The notes below the pieces were generated by a model that made no database searches, was not told the origin of the DNA, and saw only the letters and a program-made list of their open reading frames with translations. A program made the translations under genes and the position numbers. This document shows, in pieces, positions 48,034-60,652 of a stretch of DNA of 64,000 bases. Position 1 is the first letter of the stretch; every line of letters starts with the position of its first letter. The DNA is from Schmidtea nova (lineage: Eukaryota): contig CM097882.1 of assembly GCA_044892505.1 (NCBI GenBank), positions 126,046,001 to 126,110,000 of the forward strand, in the 5' to 3' direction.

Positions 48034-50346
48034 CTTAAAGTTATTAAAATTATTTATAATTGGAATAAGAAGTAAATTTATGACCACCTGTATTGCTAGT
48101 TAACAAAATATTATTTGTGTTGGGTTGATTAAAACAATTAATAAATGAAAATATCAATTAATTTAAATGAATAAAACATCAAAAACAATTGTTTTATGGA
48201 TACATGAGCATAGAGTGAGGGTTTAGATGCATCATACAAATAAATTTAATTAATTCAAAATATTGCTGTAAGGAACTATTAGTCTTAACATTGATGATTA
48301 TGCAATAGATTAACCATGTAATTCACTGGTAAATTAATGATTAAAATTATTTCTAACATGTCAAAATGTATTTTGAAAATTGTGTAATAATCTAAGAAAA
48401 GAGATAAATTGAATCTAAAAAAGCCTTTTTCAAAGCACAATAAACATTGCGTTCCAAAGGTTCTATAAACAATTCTGATTTGTTATGGTTGCAGTGTGAA
48501 GCGCATTCTTTTATGTCGTAAAATTCCTGATATTTAGAATTGTGAATATAATTTTGCAACTGAATGCTTTTTTAATTAGTCAAAGATTTATAATAGTTTT
48601 GTTATTAAGGCAAAAATTAAAAAATATTTTTAAACTTTCATAATATAAATTATTTTTAAATATTTGTCTTTAATAGACAATCGGTTGTAAACATTTGAAT
48701 TAATTTTACATCCAAATTAATATATAATATAAATGAAATTAAAAAATTAACATTTTGGCGGAAAATAATAATTTAGCAACAAATAAAATTTAAAACCGAT
48801 TTTTAGCTAGTTCCTGTTTTGATTCTTTTTCATTTTCTGTTAACAATGTCAAGTGCTATAAAATGTAACAAATTATTTTTATTATGTTAGTGTAAAATAG
48901 CAATTCGTAGGATAAATCGAATTCTTCACTTGCTTCAATGCTTTTTTACAAATGCAATTTCTTCAGTGATTTGTTAAACTACTTAAAAAATTTCGCTAGT
49001 CTCATTTGAGTTGGGTTATTTACATATTTAAATAAATATTTTTAAATTGTATGGTATAGAAGTTGATATTATTGAGTTGTAGGAATCGTGGTTTTTGTTC
49101 AATATATTAGAAGTGAATCACAAGTTGAATTGATAAATTGAGCAAAGAATAAGCTGCTATGTTAAGTTCAGAGGGTACCGCGTTGTCTGATTTTCCGCGT
49201 AAAAATATACATCGTTTCATTCATCTATCTATGAGCAACCAGCGGCCCATTTCATTCTTTTTGCGGTCCACCGAGGCTTTTATTTGCCTTACAATAACAT
49301 TTTTTTGAAACGAAATTTCAAAAAATCCTCAAATTTCAAAAAAGCTCTAATTATTTTATGAATTTTAAAGACTCTGAAATTCATAAATTGTAAAATGGTC
49401 AATTTTTTAATAAAAAATAATAAATTTATGCTCTTTTTTCGACATTTTTTTAAATGTGACCCGCGCGCGAAATTTTTGTTAAAAAAAGGTTGATCATCCC
49501 TGTTTTACAGCTTTACCAAAATTTTTTTTCAAAATTTAAAAAATAAAATCAAATTTAAAATCAAAGCCATCTTTAAGATTTTGGGGCCCGCTGAAAAGAT
49601 GGAGAGCGACACCAGCAAATAAAGAAATGAATAAATGAAATCTTAAGAAAATTTTCAATACTAAAAAATAATAAAAAATAAAACGTTTATTCTTATGTTA
49701 ATTCTTATGTTATTCTTATTTATAATAATGTCGCCTTTAATTTTGAGGCCTCCTAAAAATATATAATTCAGTTCAGTAAAAAAATGAATCATTAAGAAAT
49801 AATATATTATGCAATTTTTAATACAAAAAATAATCAAATAACACTTGATCATATTATACTTATTATTCTTATATCAATTATTAACCAATAAGACATTATT
49901 ATTAACAATAAAGAAAAGCCAAATTATTAAAACTTTTGGATTTTTGATGAGGATTTTCTGGTAAAATACCAAAGTGATCAGGTCCTGTAGCTGATTTTGA
50001 AAACGCAAGATCATCTACTAATTGCTTCACCTTTTGAATAAGAATAGTAATACTGTAAGGGATGTTGTAAAGGAGTCGCTGCTATATCAATGATGTTGTT
50101 AGTTTTAATGCCACGTTCCTCTCTTGGATCATTCTCAATAATAAAGTTTTTATATGTATTGTCAATCTGAAAGTATGTGTCTAATTTCCCAATGTCCAGA
50201 TAAGAGGTTGCTCCTGTGCCACACCTATTGAATCACTGACTTTATTGTCTTCATCTTCCGATGACTTACAGGTTTATTCATGAATATATATATATATATA
50301 TATATATACACTTGAATTTATTTACTACATATAATAAAACCCCACA

Positions 50347-51378
50347 ATGGAAAACGACAACGAGACCAGGAGACGCAAACCGCGAACGACAATCACTGTA
50401 AAAGATCTCGAAACAATTTATGCGATGCGTAATGATGGCGATTCATTTGTAAAAATCGCCAGGAATCTAAATCTATCTACCATAACTGTCCAGAAACGAT
50501 TTGTGGAGATTGATAGATGTAAGTTTGAAAACATTAATTTATCGACTTTGGTCAAGAAGAAAGGCAGAGCCGTTGTAAACGATGGCAACATATTATTGCA
50601 GTTGCAGAGAATTATCCAAGACGACCCACTTTTTACGCAAAGAGGAATGAGGAATAAATTGGAAGCAAATAATATTCTGACATCTCAGCCAACGATCTCG
50701 CGGAAATTGAAAGATGTAGAGATAACAAGGAAAAGGGTAAAGAGAGTATACGAAAAAGTGAGGGATTTGCGAATAATTAATGAACGAAAGGCCTTTTCGA
50801 TAAAATATAGGAATACTCCGAACTCCAAATTATTGTATCTCGATGAAACAGGACTTAATCACCACACAATGATGAATTATGGATATTCACCGAAGAATAC
50901 GCCGGTAAATGTTCTTGTAAAACCAAGAGGAATGAATGTCAGCTGCATGGTTTTGATTTCTAATGAACATATATTAAAATATAAATTAATAGACGGAGCT
51001 AATAATGCGTGTAGTTTTCAAGATTTCATGAATGAGGCAGTGGAAGAAGGTATTGATTTTAGAAATCGAATTGTCTTGATGAACAATGTAAGATTTCACA
51101 AAACTGCTTCGATGAGAGAGTTTTTTAACTTAAAAAACATTGCTTTTGATTTTATTCCCCCATATTCCCCTGCATTAAATCCAATTGAAGAATGCTTCAG
51201 TGTTTTCAAGGCAAGATATTTCAATAAAAGACCGCTACCACAGAATAATTCGGATATTAAACAGTTGGTTGCGGAAGTTTTTGGTGAAATGAATGAAGAT
51301 ATTGGTCTTGACATGAATGCATTCTACGTATATATGAGGGAGTTCATGGAGTTGGCCTACACGGGTGCCTTTTTTTAA
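50347..51378 (+). CDS. IS630/Tc1-mariner transposase (D34E spacing), second catalytic Asp replaced by Asn
   Basis: 343-aa intact ORF: HTH, LYLDETG, IVLMNNVRFH, IPPYSPALNPIEE; 34 residues between N and E. No TIRs found. Confidence 0.9.
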   Translation: MENDNETRRRKPRTTITVKDLETIYAMRNDGDSFVKIARNLNLSTITVQKRFVEIDRCKFENINLSTLVKKKGRAVVNDGNILLQLQRIIQDDPLFTQRGMRNKLEANNILTSQPTISRKLKDVEITRKRVKRVYEKVRDLRIINERKAFSIKYRNTPNSKLLYLDETGLNHHTMMNYGYSPKNTPVNVLVKPRGMNVSCMVLISNEHILKYKLIDGANNACSFQDFMNEAVEEGIDFRNRIVLMNNVRFHKTASMREFFNLKNIAFDFIPPYSPALNPIEECFSVFKARYFNKRPLPQNNSDIKQLVAEVFGEMNEDIGLDMNAFYVYMREFMELAYTGAFF

Positions 51379-51507
51379 ATAAAATTTTGGAGTGTTAAAA
51401 ACTTTAAAAAAATGTGGCATCGGTATATTCCAAGTTTTAAATGTTTATTCGTGTTTCTTATTGGTTTCTTATGCATATTTTTTAATTTTTTAATAAATGG
51501 ATTAGAC

Positions 51508-51990
51508 CAGAGGTTCCCAAACTTCTTTGGCTCTGGACCCACTTGGAAATATTTTTGACATCTCGGGACCCACTGAATAAAATTAAGCATCGAGTACTCA
51601 GTAATATCTCATAAATTGGGTTAAAATATTCCGATTTACAGACAGCGTTTAGAAACTTTAGAAATTAGCACATTTAAAACATAAAAATGAAACTTAGGAA
51701 AACAGTAAAAAATTTATTACAATGCAAATATTTGGTTCATATATAATAGCAGATGTTTTTTATAATCCTGCCTTGCTAAGTTCGTGCACTATTTACTGTT
51801 CATATACACTCACAAGTAGAAGCTAGTTATAGCCCAATCATAGTCAAATGTTGTTGTTCCGCTAGTTATACCGGAATAAAGTATGGAATTTGCGGGTTAC
51901 TGAAATAAAAGACGAAAAAAGTTATGTTTTCCTAAAAACTTTCGTGACCCACTTGCCAGAGCTTGGTGACCCACAGTTTGGGAACCTCTG
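51508..51990. mobile_element. hAT (Buster-type) MITE
   Basis: Perfect 15-bp TIR CAGAGGTTCCCAAAC; 8-bp TSD GATTAGAC. Confidence 0.92.
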
Positions 51991-52309
51991 GATTAGACTG
52001 TGTATTTTTAGTATCCTTAGATACATATATAACAATATTTATTGTTGAATAAGCATCCAAAAAAACCTAGGCGTGTATTTTATAGGTACAATTCAACTTT
52101 GGTCATGTAATATAATACGCAATAATGCTTACGTAATAATGTAACTTAAACAATNNNNNNNNNNNNNNNNNNNNNNNNNNNNNNNNNNNNNNNNNNNNNN
52201 NNNNNNNNNNNNNNNNNNNNNNNNNNNNNNNNNNNNNNNNNNNNNNNNNNNNNNNNNNNNNNNNNNNNNNNNNNNNNNNNNNNNNNNNNNNNNNNNNNNN
52301 NNNNNNNNT

Positions 52310-52810
52310 TAATTAGTTAATTCTTACTGATATTGGTCTAGATATGCTTCGATGTCTTCTTCCTTCATAACTTAGATACCATCTCCACCAATTTGTTTAG
52401 CACTCTCAATTAGTTCACGTACTTCTACTATTGATGTAAAGCCATCAAAAATCCTTGACAGCAGCACTCCAAACTGGTTTCCAGCATAAAATGATTGACT
52501 TATAGGAAACTTTTCCAAATTTTCTAAACAGTTGACGAGACCATTTATAGCATATGCTGCAGAGAACCTTTGCCATGCTTGCACGATATTGGCTTGTGAA
52601 TCAGCATCCCGTCATAATCCCCATCCACTGCTGTCGACAATAATTTAATAATGAGTTCATCGGGTAAAATTATACCCTGAAAAAACGCAGGTAGTTTTAT
52701 GTTTCTAGGATGGAAATAGAGAAAATTTATCAAATATTTTCAAGATGAAAACATTATATGGTTTGTAATACATTTTATTCAGTTGTGGTGGATATCCCCT
52801 ATATTGATTA
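52310..52810 (-). pseudogene. pogo/Tigger-like transposase C-terminal relic
   Basis: FQGII...DSQANIVQAWQRFSAAYAI...SAKQIGGDGI*VMKEEDIEAYL...*ELTN resembles Tigger C-termini; stops and frameshifts; abuts an N gap. Confidence 0.55.
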
Positions 52811-54677
52811 GAAACGATTGAATATCACTAAATACTAAATTACGTATTACATAGAAAAAAAATGTTTGTAACTTACAGTTTTTAACAACAAAAATTTAAG
52901 GAAATGAAATTTATGTTAGAATAACTGAAGTCACCTCAATAAAATATTTTGGGTGCGCCATTATTTATAAGTGTATGTATTTATTATAAAAATAAGCCCT
53001 TAGAAAGGTGTTAATTTTTAAATTTTCAATATTTATAAAGTGAATAGCTCATTTCAATATGAATGCATATGAAAGCATACGACATCAACTCTTAACTCTT
53101 TGAAGCATAGGACTTTTTTTGGAAAAAATATATACCCAAGTTGCACGGAAAAAGCGCAAGACACTCAATTCCCTACTGGCGTAATTATAATGTATACACC
53201 GAGGCTGAGTTACCCCATCACCTAATTATTAAACTAGAGAGATAATTTTCTATACCCTTATTGAATTTAATTTATCATACTTTATTATGACCTGTTGGGC
53301 ATTTTCCAATAAAATACATTGAAATATCATTATTTTTCATTACTGCTTTTAAGTTTCGTGTCTAATTTCGATTCTGGTTTTGACATTATTTTCTTAAATT
53401 AAAATTACGGTTGATAAATAATTGTCAATATGAATTCATTTCAACATTATCAACAATAAATATTAAAATAAGAATGTCTAAAAATAACATTTGAAACACA
53501 CGGATTTAGATTTAGATTTGCAATCTTTTGCTCTTTGAATGCAGACTGTGTTAATATACTTCAAACGCGCATTTTCAAAAGAAATTCTGTCGTCTACTGT
53601 TTGATACTGTGTTTGATATTGCTATGAACAATTGTCCCTAAAATCTAATTTTTGAATAGTGTTACTGCAACTAATTCTTTTTCTATTTAGTGTTTATAAT
53701 TATGTAATTTAAAGCCACAACTTAATATTTGTTATTATATAATTTGTTATTTTGTTATTTTTTCTGCCTATATAGAACTTATCTTAAGATAAAAAAACCC
53801 AATGGAAAATATTAAATTTTCTGAAGGTAATAAGCTTTGAAAACCATAGGGTTCGGAATTATTTTACAATTCTTATATCAAATATTTCACTAAGATAAAT
53901 TTGAAACATGGAATCTGTTATCAAATAACCAAAGTTGGAATAATTAATGTTTAGGTGTAAATTTTGACTCATAGAAAACTATTTAAATGAAAAAATATAG
54001 TAAATCATTTTAAGTCCTTTGAAATAATTTACTATATTTTAAGGAACAAGAAAATTCAGAATATTTATCTATCAATTTTATCTCTGGGCTAAATTTACGT
54101 ACTATCTTAACCAACCTTGAGATGAATAAAAAATTTGTAAAAAATAAACTCTTTTTACATCTATACTTTTAGTGGTTTTATAATGGCTACATTCTTTAAT
54201 AGCAAAGTTAAAATATATAAATTTCTATTCATTTGGTGGTGTTCATATATTTTAATGTAATTTAGATAGAATTTTTGTCTTAAGACCGAATATTCAAAAG
54301 CTGGACACCATTTTTTAAAAACGTCACACAAGTTTTATATTTCACATATGAAACTTATCTTTGCTGATTTAAAAAAAAATAATTAACTAATATTTAATTT
54401 AATTTTTATTTTGATGCCATTATTTTTCTGCTGATTAATATTTATCAAGTTTAGAAAGTTTTCTTAATAATAACTAAAAGAATTCGCCATAAACATTTTT
54501 TTGACAAAAACTAACATTTCCTTGCTTTTCTATAATTTTAAAAATTTGCTTTCACGAACTCATGGTTTTTATTTCTTCGCATTTCAATAGTGAAAAATAA
54601 AATGGCCTAAAAAATTTATAAATTACTTTAAATCAAACTGAAAGTGGAAGATAACCATAATTTGTACAATTATTTAG

Positions 54678-54877
54678 TACGGACTGTATTCATTCAGACG
54701 TTGAGAATTCTCGATTTAGTGTCGATTCATGCACCATATCAATTGGACCAAATTCATCTGGTGATTATCATAAATCAAATTCATTACTATTTACCAATTC
54801 GCATCATCGCACTAGTGTTTCAGCTAAAACCAAGATTAAACACTTTCTTGCTGAACACATTGTAAAAATTCATCCTT
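54678..54877 (+). CDS. Possible host-gene exon (phase 2-1)
   Basis: TTTAG|T ACG GAC...66 open codons (TDCIHSDVENSRFS...KHFLAEHIVKIHP)...T|GTAAGT; this frame differs from the ORF-track call. Confidence 0.45.
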
Positions 54878-56596
54878 GTAAGTATTTTATTTTAATGTTA
54901 AATTTTTCTAAAACTTAATCATTTTCTTTATAAACTAATAATTTAAAAATTCGTGTTGCGGGGGTTTCAATTTTTTACTGAAAATATTTGGTTACTCAAT
55001 TCAAAGTGAATTAATTATATATATTTTTCATCATTATCTTTTGGTATTTTTATTTTTATTTATGATGAACATCTCTTATTTTCATCATTGATCTTTTCGT
55101 TTCTGTTTCAGAATCCATGTTGTTAAAAGAAAATGAAATTACGGAAATTGTTGATTTTTCATTTTAAATAAGTTAGCAGGTCAAAAGCATGCTAACTTTG
55201 AAAATTATTATTTTTTATTCTTAATTAGTGTTTTTGGTTAGTTGATAGTTTGTTGAAGTTTTATTGTTATGAAACACTTCTGCATAGTTATTTATATATT
55301 TAATCCAAATTATACCTTATTTTCGCATATATAGTCTAACTAAAAGCTTAGCTGCTCTGATACTTTTAATAGATTTTTTACTTTTAGCATGTAACGTTAC
55401 TATTGAGCAATCTTTTCTTGCCCATTCTTGACATTTTATATTTTTTGACAATAACAACTTGAAATCTTAATGTAACACATGTATCAATATTTTTAAATTT
55501 GGAAGTTACATTTATATTAAGTTTAATTTTTTATAATATGTACCTAGTTAGATTAACAGTGCGATTTTTTTAATTTAAAAATATTTAAAATATCTGAATT
55601 AGACTTTCAATATCATTTATTTTTCTATTTATCAGTTTTTTTATAAATTGCATTAAATATGGTTATTTAGGTCACCATCCAGAATATCATTTCCATAAAA
55701 AGGCTAGTGACATCAGTAAGTTCATATTATTTTTTAATTGTTTAAATATCTCAAGTAAATTTAAATTGGTTTTATACTGGATAATAAAAATCTAATATGT
55801 TATGTAATTTATTTCTGATAATAAAGTCCAAATTTAGTTTTCTTGCAATTAGATGAAAAAATGCCCAAAATAAATCCAAAATAAATAATTTTATTTTAGT
55901 AGGGGATTGTGAGTGGTCTAGCACAAGTCATTTATTCCTAAACTGTATTCCTAAACGCAATAATTATATAGTTTACCCCCAATTACATAATACTTTATGC
56001 ATTATGTAATACTTCATATAATAAGTAACACTTTGCAAGTAACGTAATCATTTTATAATCATTACATAATACTTAATATACTCCATAATCATTACGAAAT
56101 GCTTATGTATTCTGCAATACCTTATATACTATGTAATCATTACTTAATATTTTATTTACTACGTAACTTTATAAAAAACTTTAAAAATTATATACTCACT
56201 TATTTGTTACGCAATTGCTGACGTTACACTGATATTTATTAATTTTTATTTATTTTTTCATAATTTTTACAAAAAATATTAAATAAATAAATTTTTTCAA
56301 CATTTTTTCCAAAACTTTCAAAAATGCTCCGATTTAAATAATTTTTATACCAATCTACTGAGAATTATTTGGCGAAAAAAAGGGTTAAACAGTAAAAACA
56401 TGAAAAATTGGTCTTCTCCGATAAATTTTACATGAAAAAACCTTACTTGGTTAAAAATGTTTAGAATTCAAGTACTTTACATATAAATAATCAGAATTTA
56501 ACGCTCAACAATAAAAAAGTAATATTAACTAGAAAAACAACAAAAAACAAAGTATTTTAAAAAAATAAAACTTTATTTAAATAAATCTTCTCATCT

Positions 56597-59150
56597 TTAG
56601 GCAAATTGTTCAGCAGCCTCTTCACGCACCCCCATGACCACATCAATTCCCTTATAATGTTCATAAGCCAGACTAACATTTTTTCCCACCCAAAGTTTTT
56701 TATCGTCAAGATTAGTCTAGGCAATCTTCGAAGATTTATTAGTAAAGAGTTGACGATTCTTACTAACAATTCTCGACTGATCAACAGAAACTATTCAATT
56801 ATTATTATAACAATCCAGATACGACTGATGATTCAGTTTAGTATCCTTCAATGTTATACCCTTAGCCTTAATGCACTCTTCATCACCTAAAAGACTGTAA
56901 CACTTTGGCCTAAGAAACACCCACTCATCATATTTTAATCCTTTATTTTCGTCTTTGAATTTACCAATGATGGAATCTAGGTTTTTCGAGTACAAGGTAT
57001 GATTTGGGTCATAATTCGAAGTATCTAATAACCTATCCCTAACTATAGCAAACAAAAGAATATCCAACTTACAATTCTTAACTTCCAAGAAGAAAGAATC
57101 TGTATCACCAGCGACTATACCAATCTCACAGTTGAAAAAAAATCGCTAACTACAATAACTGTAAAAGATCTCGAAACAATTTATGCGATGCGTAATGATG
57201 GCGATTCATTTGTAAAAATCGCCAGGAATCTAAATCTATCTACCATAACTGTCCAGAAACGATTTGTGGAGATTGATAGATGTAAGTTTGAAAACATTAA
57301 TTTATCGACTTTGGTCAAGAAGAAAGGCAGAGCCGTTGTAAACGATGTCAACATATACATCCTAAGTTTAGATAAATCCAGTACAGTTTGACCAATGTAG
57401 CTGGGTCTATCTAAACACAGAGTCCTTATTAAGCAAGACAGAAACTAGGTCATCGTCAATCCTATAAGTTTTTCTAAAGGTAGGTTTTGAAGTATATGTA
57501 ATCAGTTTTGATGCTGAATTACATAGTCGTAAAAAATTGAGTAGTTTCTTAAGATTTTCAACCGTTTTTCCATAAAGAATATTATCTAAAAGTTTGTAAT
57601 GGTTTTTATCTAAAGCCGTAGAAGATGCTGTCCTAAGTTCAGTGTTCGTATCTATATATTTTTTAAAGATAGGTTTCTGTTTGTACTGAACAGCTCGATG
57701 AACTCGTGTTATTTTAACACCCAAAGAAAGAAAAAGCTTGAGAAGTCTCCAATGAACAACATAGTTGAACTTTGGATAATGCGTAAGCATTAACTTCTCA
57801 ACATTTGAACCCGGAACACACATTTTCTCTGCTGCAACTGGAAAATCATTTAATTTATCGTGAATTTCTGAAGGGATTTCAAGATCCACTTCAAAAGTCA
57901 CGTCATAAGTTAAAATAGCCAAATCAGCATCCATTAATTTAATTAATTAATTAAATTTATTTTGATCTGTGATCCAACTAAATTCACTAAAAGGTAATTT
58001 TTGACTTAAAGCCCACCCGTATAAATTATTTATGTCAATGTATAAAAGTTCAGTCGTTTCGGAGGATACTACATGATGCTTGAAAAAATTATAAATCTCC
58101 ATATCCTTGAGCAACTCTATAGGTTCATCCAAGGTAATAAGCGCAGAATCCCACGACATACCTAGAATACCCAAGAAATTCAAAGGCTCAAGTCTATTGT
58201 GAGCTATAGATTTAGCCTTAAACTGTTGAAAGAAACCAGCAAGAAGAAAAACATCCAGTTTAAGGTAGACCATCATATAGTCACACAGAGTTTGACACTG
58301 GGATTCCCTCCAAATCACCAATGCCTTGCCATATTCGTCTTGTTTAACACCTTCCAATTTTGGTGGCAACTCATAAGTGTTGTTAAGGATTTCTAAAGAT
58401 GTTGCAAAATCATAAGGAAAAATACCCTTACAATCAACAATAGTCCCGGTGAATTCAGATCTAGTCAAAGGCAAACAAGTAAGAGTCTTAACGGCGTCAT
58501 TTAAACTAGAATTTACAAACTGACAAGAATCGATGAATTTAATGGTTAAATCACCAACCCTTGCAGATAAAGTTAAGAATTTTTCACGGGTTGTAGGAAT
58601 GCAAGAAATTTAAGAATATGGTGCAAATCATAGCCCTTTAAATTATGAAAAATAACGGGTAAAAACTTGTATAAACGACGGGATTGATTACAAGAATTAC
58701 AAGCAGCTCCCAAAAATTCACCAGTGTAGTGATCATGGTTTCTGACTGGTTGTACTAAAGTTTTCCTACAAAGATAACAAATAGTAGCAGAAGCAACAGA
58801 TTGTTGATTAGCTACTGTCATTAGAAGAGGTTTATTGTAATTATTTTTATAAAAAGGATAAACAATAGTTTCAGAAATATCACTAATTTCAGTAAGAAAA
58901 TTAGTCACACAATCAAAACCTAAGAAACTTTTGTAATTTTTTTTCGCCAGTAAAATTATTTACAAGTAAAAGACTGGCAGGTATTGGGACATGTCTTGAA
59001 AATATTTTTCATCATTAGGTAAGATTGCCTCAAAATCGGCGTAAACAACAAAAGGTGGGGTAATTGTTTTGCCCCAATTACTAAATTTCAAGTTTTTATT
59101 TCTAGGCAGAGTATAAAGAGTTGTGCCTAATTGATTTTAACACACAACTG
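56597..59150 (-). pseudogene. Polinton-type pPolB, copy 2, 5'-truncated and frameshifted
   Basis: PPFVVYADFE, RNHDHYTGEFLGAACNSCN, KLDVFLL, YIDINNLYGWA, KLLDNILYGKT, AGDTDS, GKFKDE, RPKCY; diverged paralog of copy 1. Confidence 0.9.
57158..57356 (+). other. 199-bp near-identical copy of IS630 transposase 50395-50593 embedded in pPolB copy 2
   Basis: Constant offset 6763; one mismatch seen; CAACATAT shared at the right junction. Confidence 0.9.
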
Positions 59151-60169
59151 TTGATGACAATCGAATGCTTCCTGTTAACTGTATAATTATTATGTAATAT
59201 AAACAGTCTAGGGATAAATGGCTTGTGCTAGACCGCTCACTAGCCCCTAATTATTTTCTTATAAAAGTGAAATAGCATTCTTAAGTACAGTTGAATAAAA
59301 GTTTATAAAAAATATTTGAATATAAATTTTAATCATTGTTTACATCATTTTTTTTGCTTTTACATCCAAATTAACTTTGAAATTTTCTTTTATAAAATTC
59401 ATTCCGAACAGATAAAAATATTTTAACATTTATGACCAAGTGTTCATATTGTTAACTTTTTCAAAATAAAACACTTAGTTTCAAATTCTTCATTTTTATT
59501 TCCTCTTCATTATAATTGTTTCATTAATATTTTTATCAAAGTTATATTAATGCTTTCTTTTATTTGACCGACATTCCCAGCAAAATTTAACAATATAAAT
59601 CCAGCTCCTTTCTGAAGGAATTAGTTGAGAAATAATTTTCAAAGCCATTGACGTAAATCTAATAACAATCTTTATATTGATATCAATAAACATTTGTATA
59701 TCCCATATATCTCTTGTGATACAAACGATGTAATTTTTATACATATGGAATATACAGTTAAAGTAAAATGTATGCGACCATTTAGTTTTTAAAATTAAAC
59801 TTTTTAAAAATAATACTGTTTAATTATGTGAATTCTCTCTCTCACACACACACATAACGCAAAGTTATTGTTATATACAATATTACATACATAATATTTC
59901 TGCATATGATAAATTTAAAAATATAATAATTTTTAACCACTATCAAATATTAATTTATTTTGACTCTACATCAAAAAGTCAAATAATTCAATTCAATATT
60001 TAGTCCACAAGCCTTTAGAACGTATGACATTATCAATTCTTTTTGTAATTAATTCAATTAATTTATTACAATAATCAAGGGTAATAGAATTCCACTATTT
60101 TACAATAATTTCTGGTAAATTTTTAATGTTTAAATATATTCTTTATAAATTTCTATTTTAAGACAAAAT

Positions 60170-60420
60170 CGTAGGTTTTCAATTGGATTCAGATCTGGAC
60201 TTTGAGCTAACCATGTACGCACTTCTATTTTTTACCAGTATGATTTGGATAGTTATCCTGTTGAAATATGAAGTTTTCCCAATTAATACAGATGGTACCA
60301 TATTGTTTGAAAGGATACTTAAATACTTAGCAGATTTAAGAGTATCATTAATAATGTGAAAATCACCAATTACATTGCTATTTAAAGAACCCCAAATCAT
60401 AACGGACTTATCATATTTGA
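60170..60420 (-). pseudogene. Tc1-like transposase relic
   Basis: VMIWGS...KYLSIL...FIFQQDNYPNHT...WLAQSPDLNPIENL across frameshifts. Confidence 0.8.
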
Positions 60421-60652
60421 TGGTCTTGATGAGAAACTGTAATGTTAAGTATAGAAAATTTACCTTTATTATATTAAGTAATAGTAGTTTAAGGTTAAAT
60501 AATAATGTGATCAAAATATTATCGAACTATGGGTATGCTTGTCGTATGTTTGCACTGTTCAGAAAATTTGTATTTAGAAACTTCTTAACGGTTGGATTAA
60601 TTATTTCTTATCTGTATAATAACACACTTATGACAAACTCGATCTTCTAGTA

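Noticed and set aside
48118-48130. TGTTGGG as another LTR start (also ~53294)
   Set aside because: No downstream homology to the LTR family, no matching end and no TSD.
49930-50260. Coding-like minus-strand stretch with SKSATGPD
   Set aside because: Stops and frameshifts; similarity to non-LTR RT motifs is too short to call.
51378-52150. Fanzor/TnpB gene beside the IS630-like transposase
   Set aside because: No RuvC-like ORF or fragments seen; the region holds a hAT MITE and then a gap.
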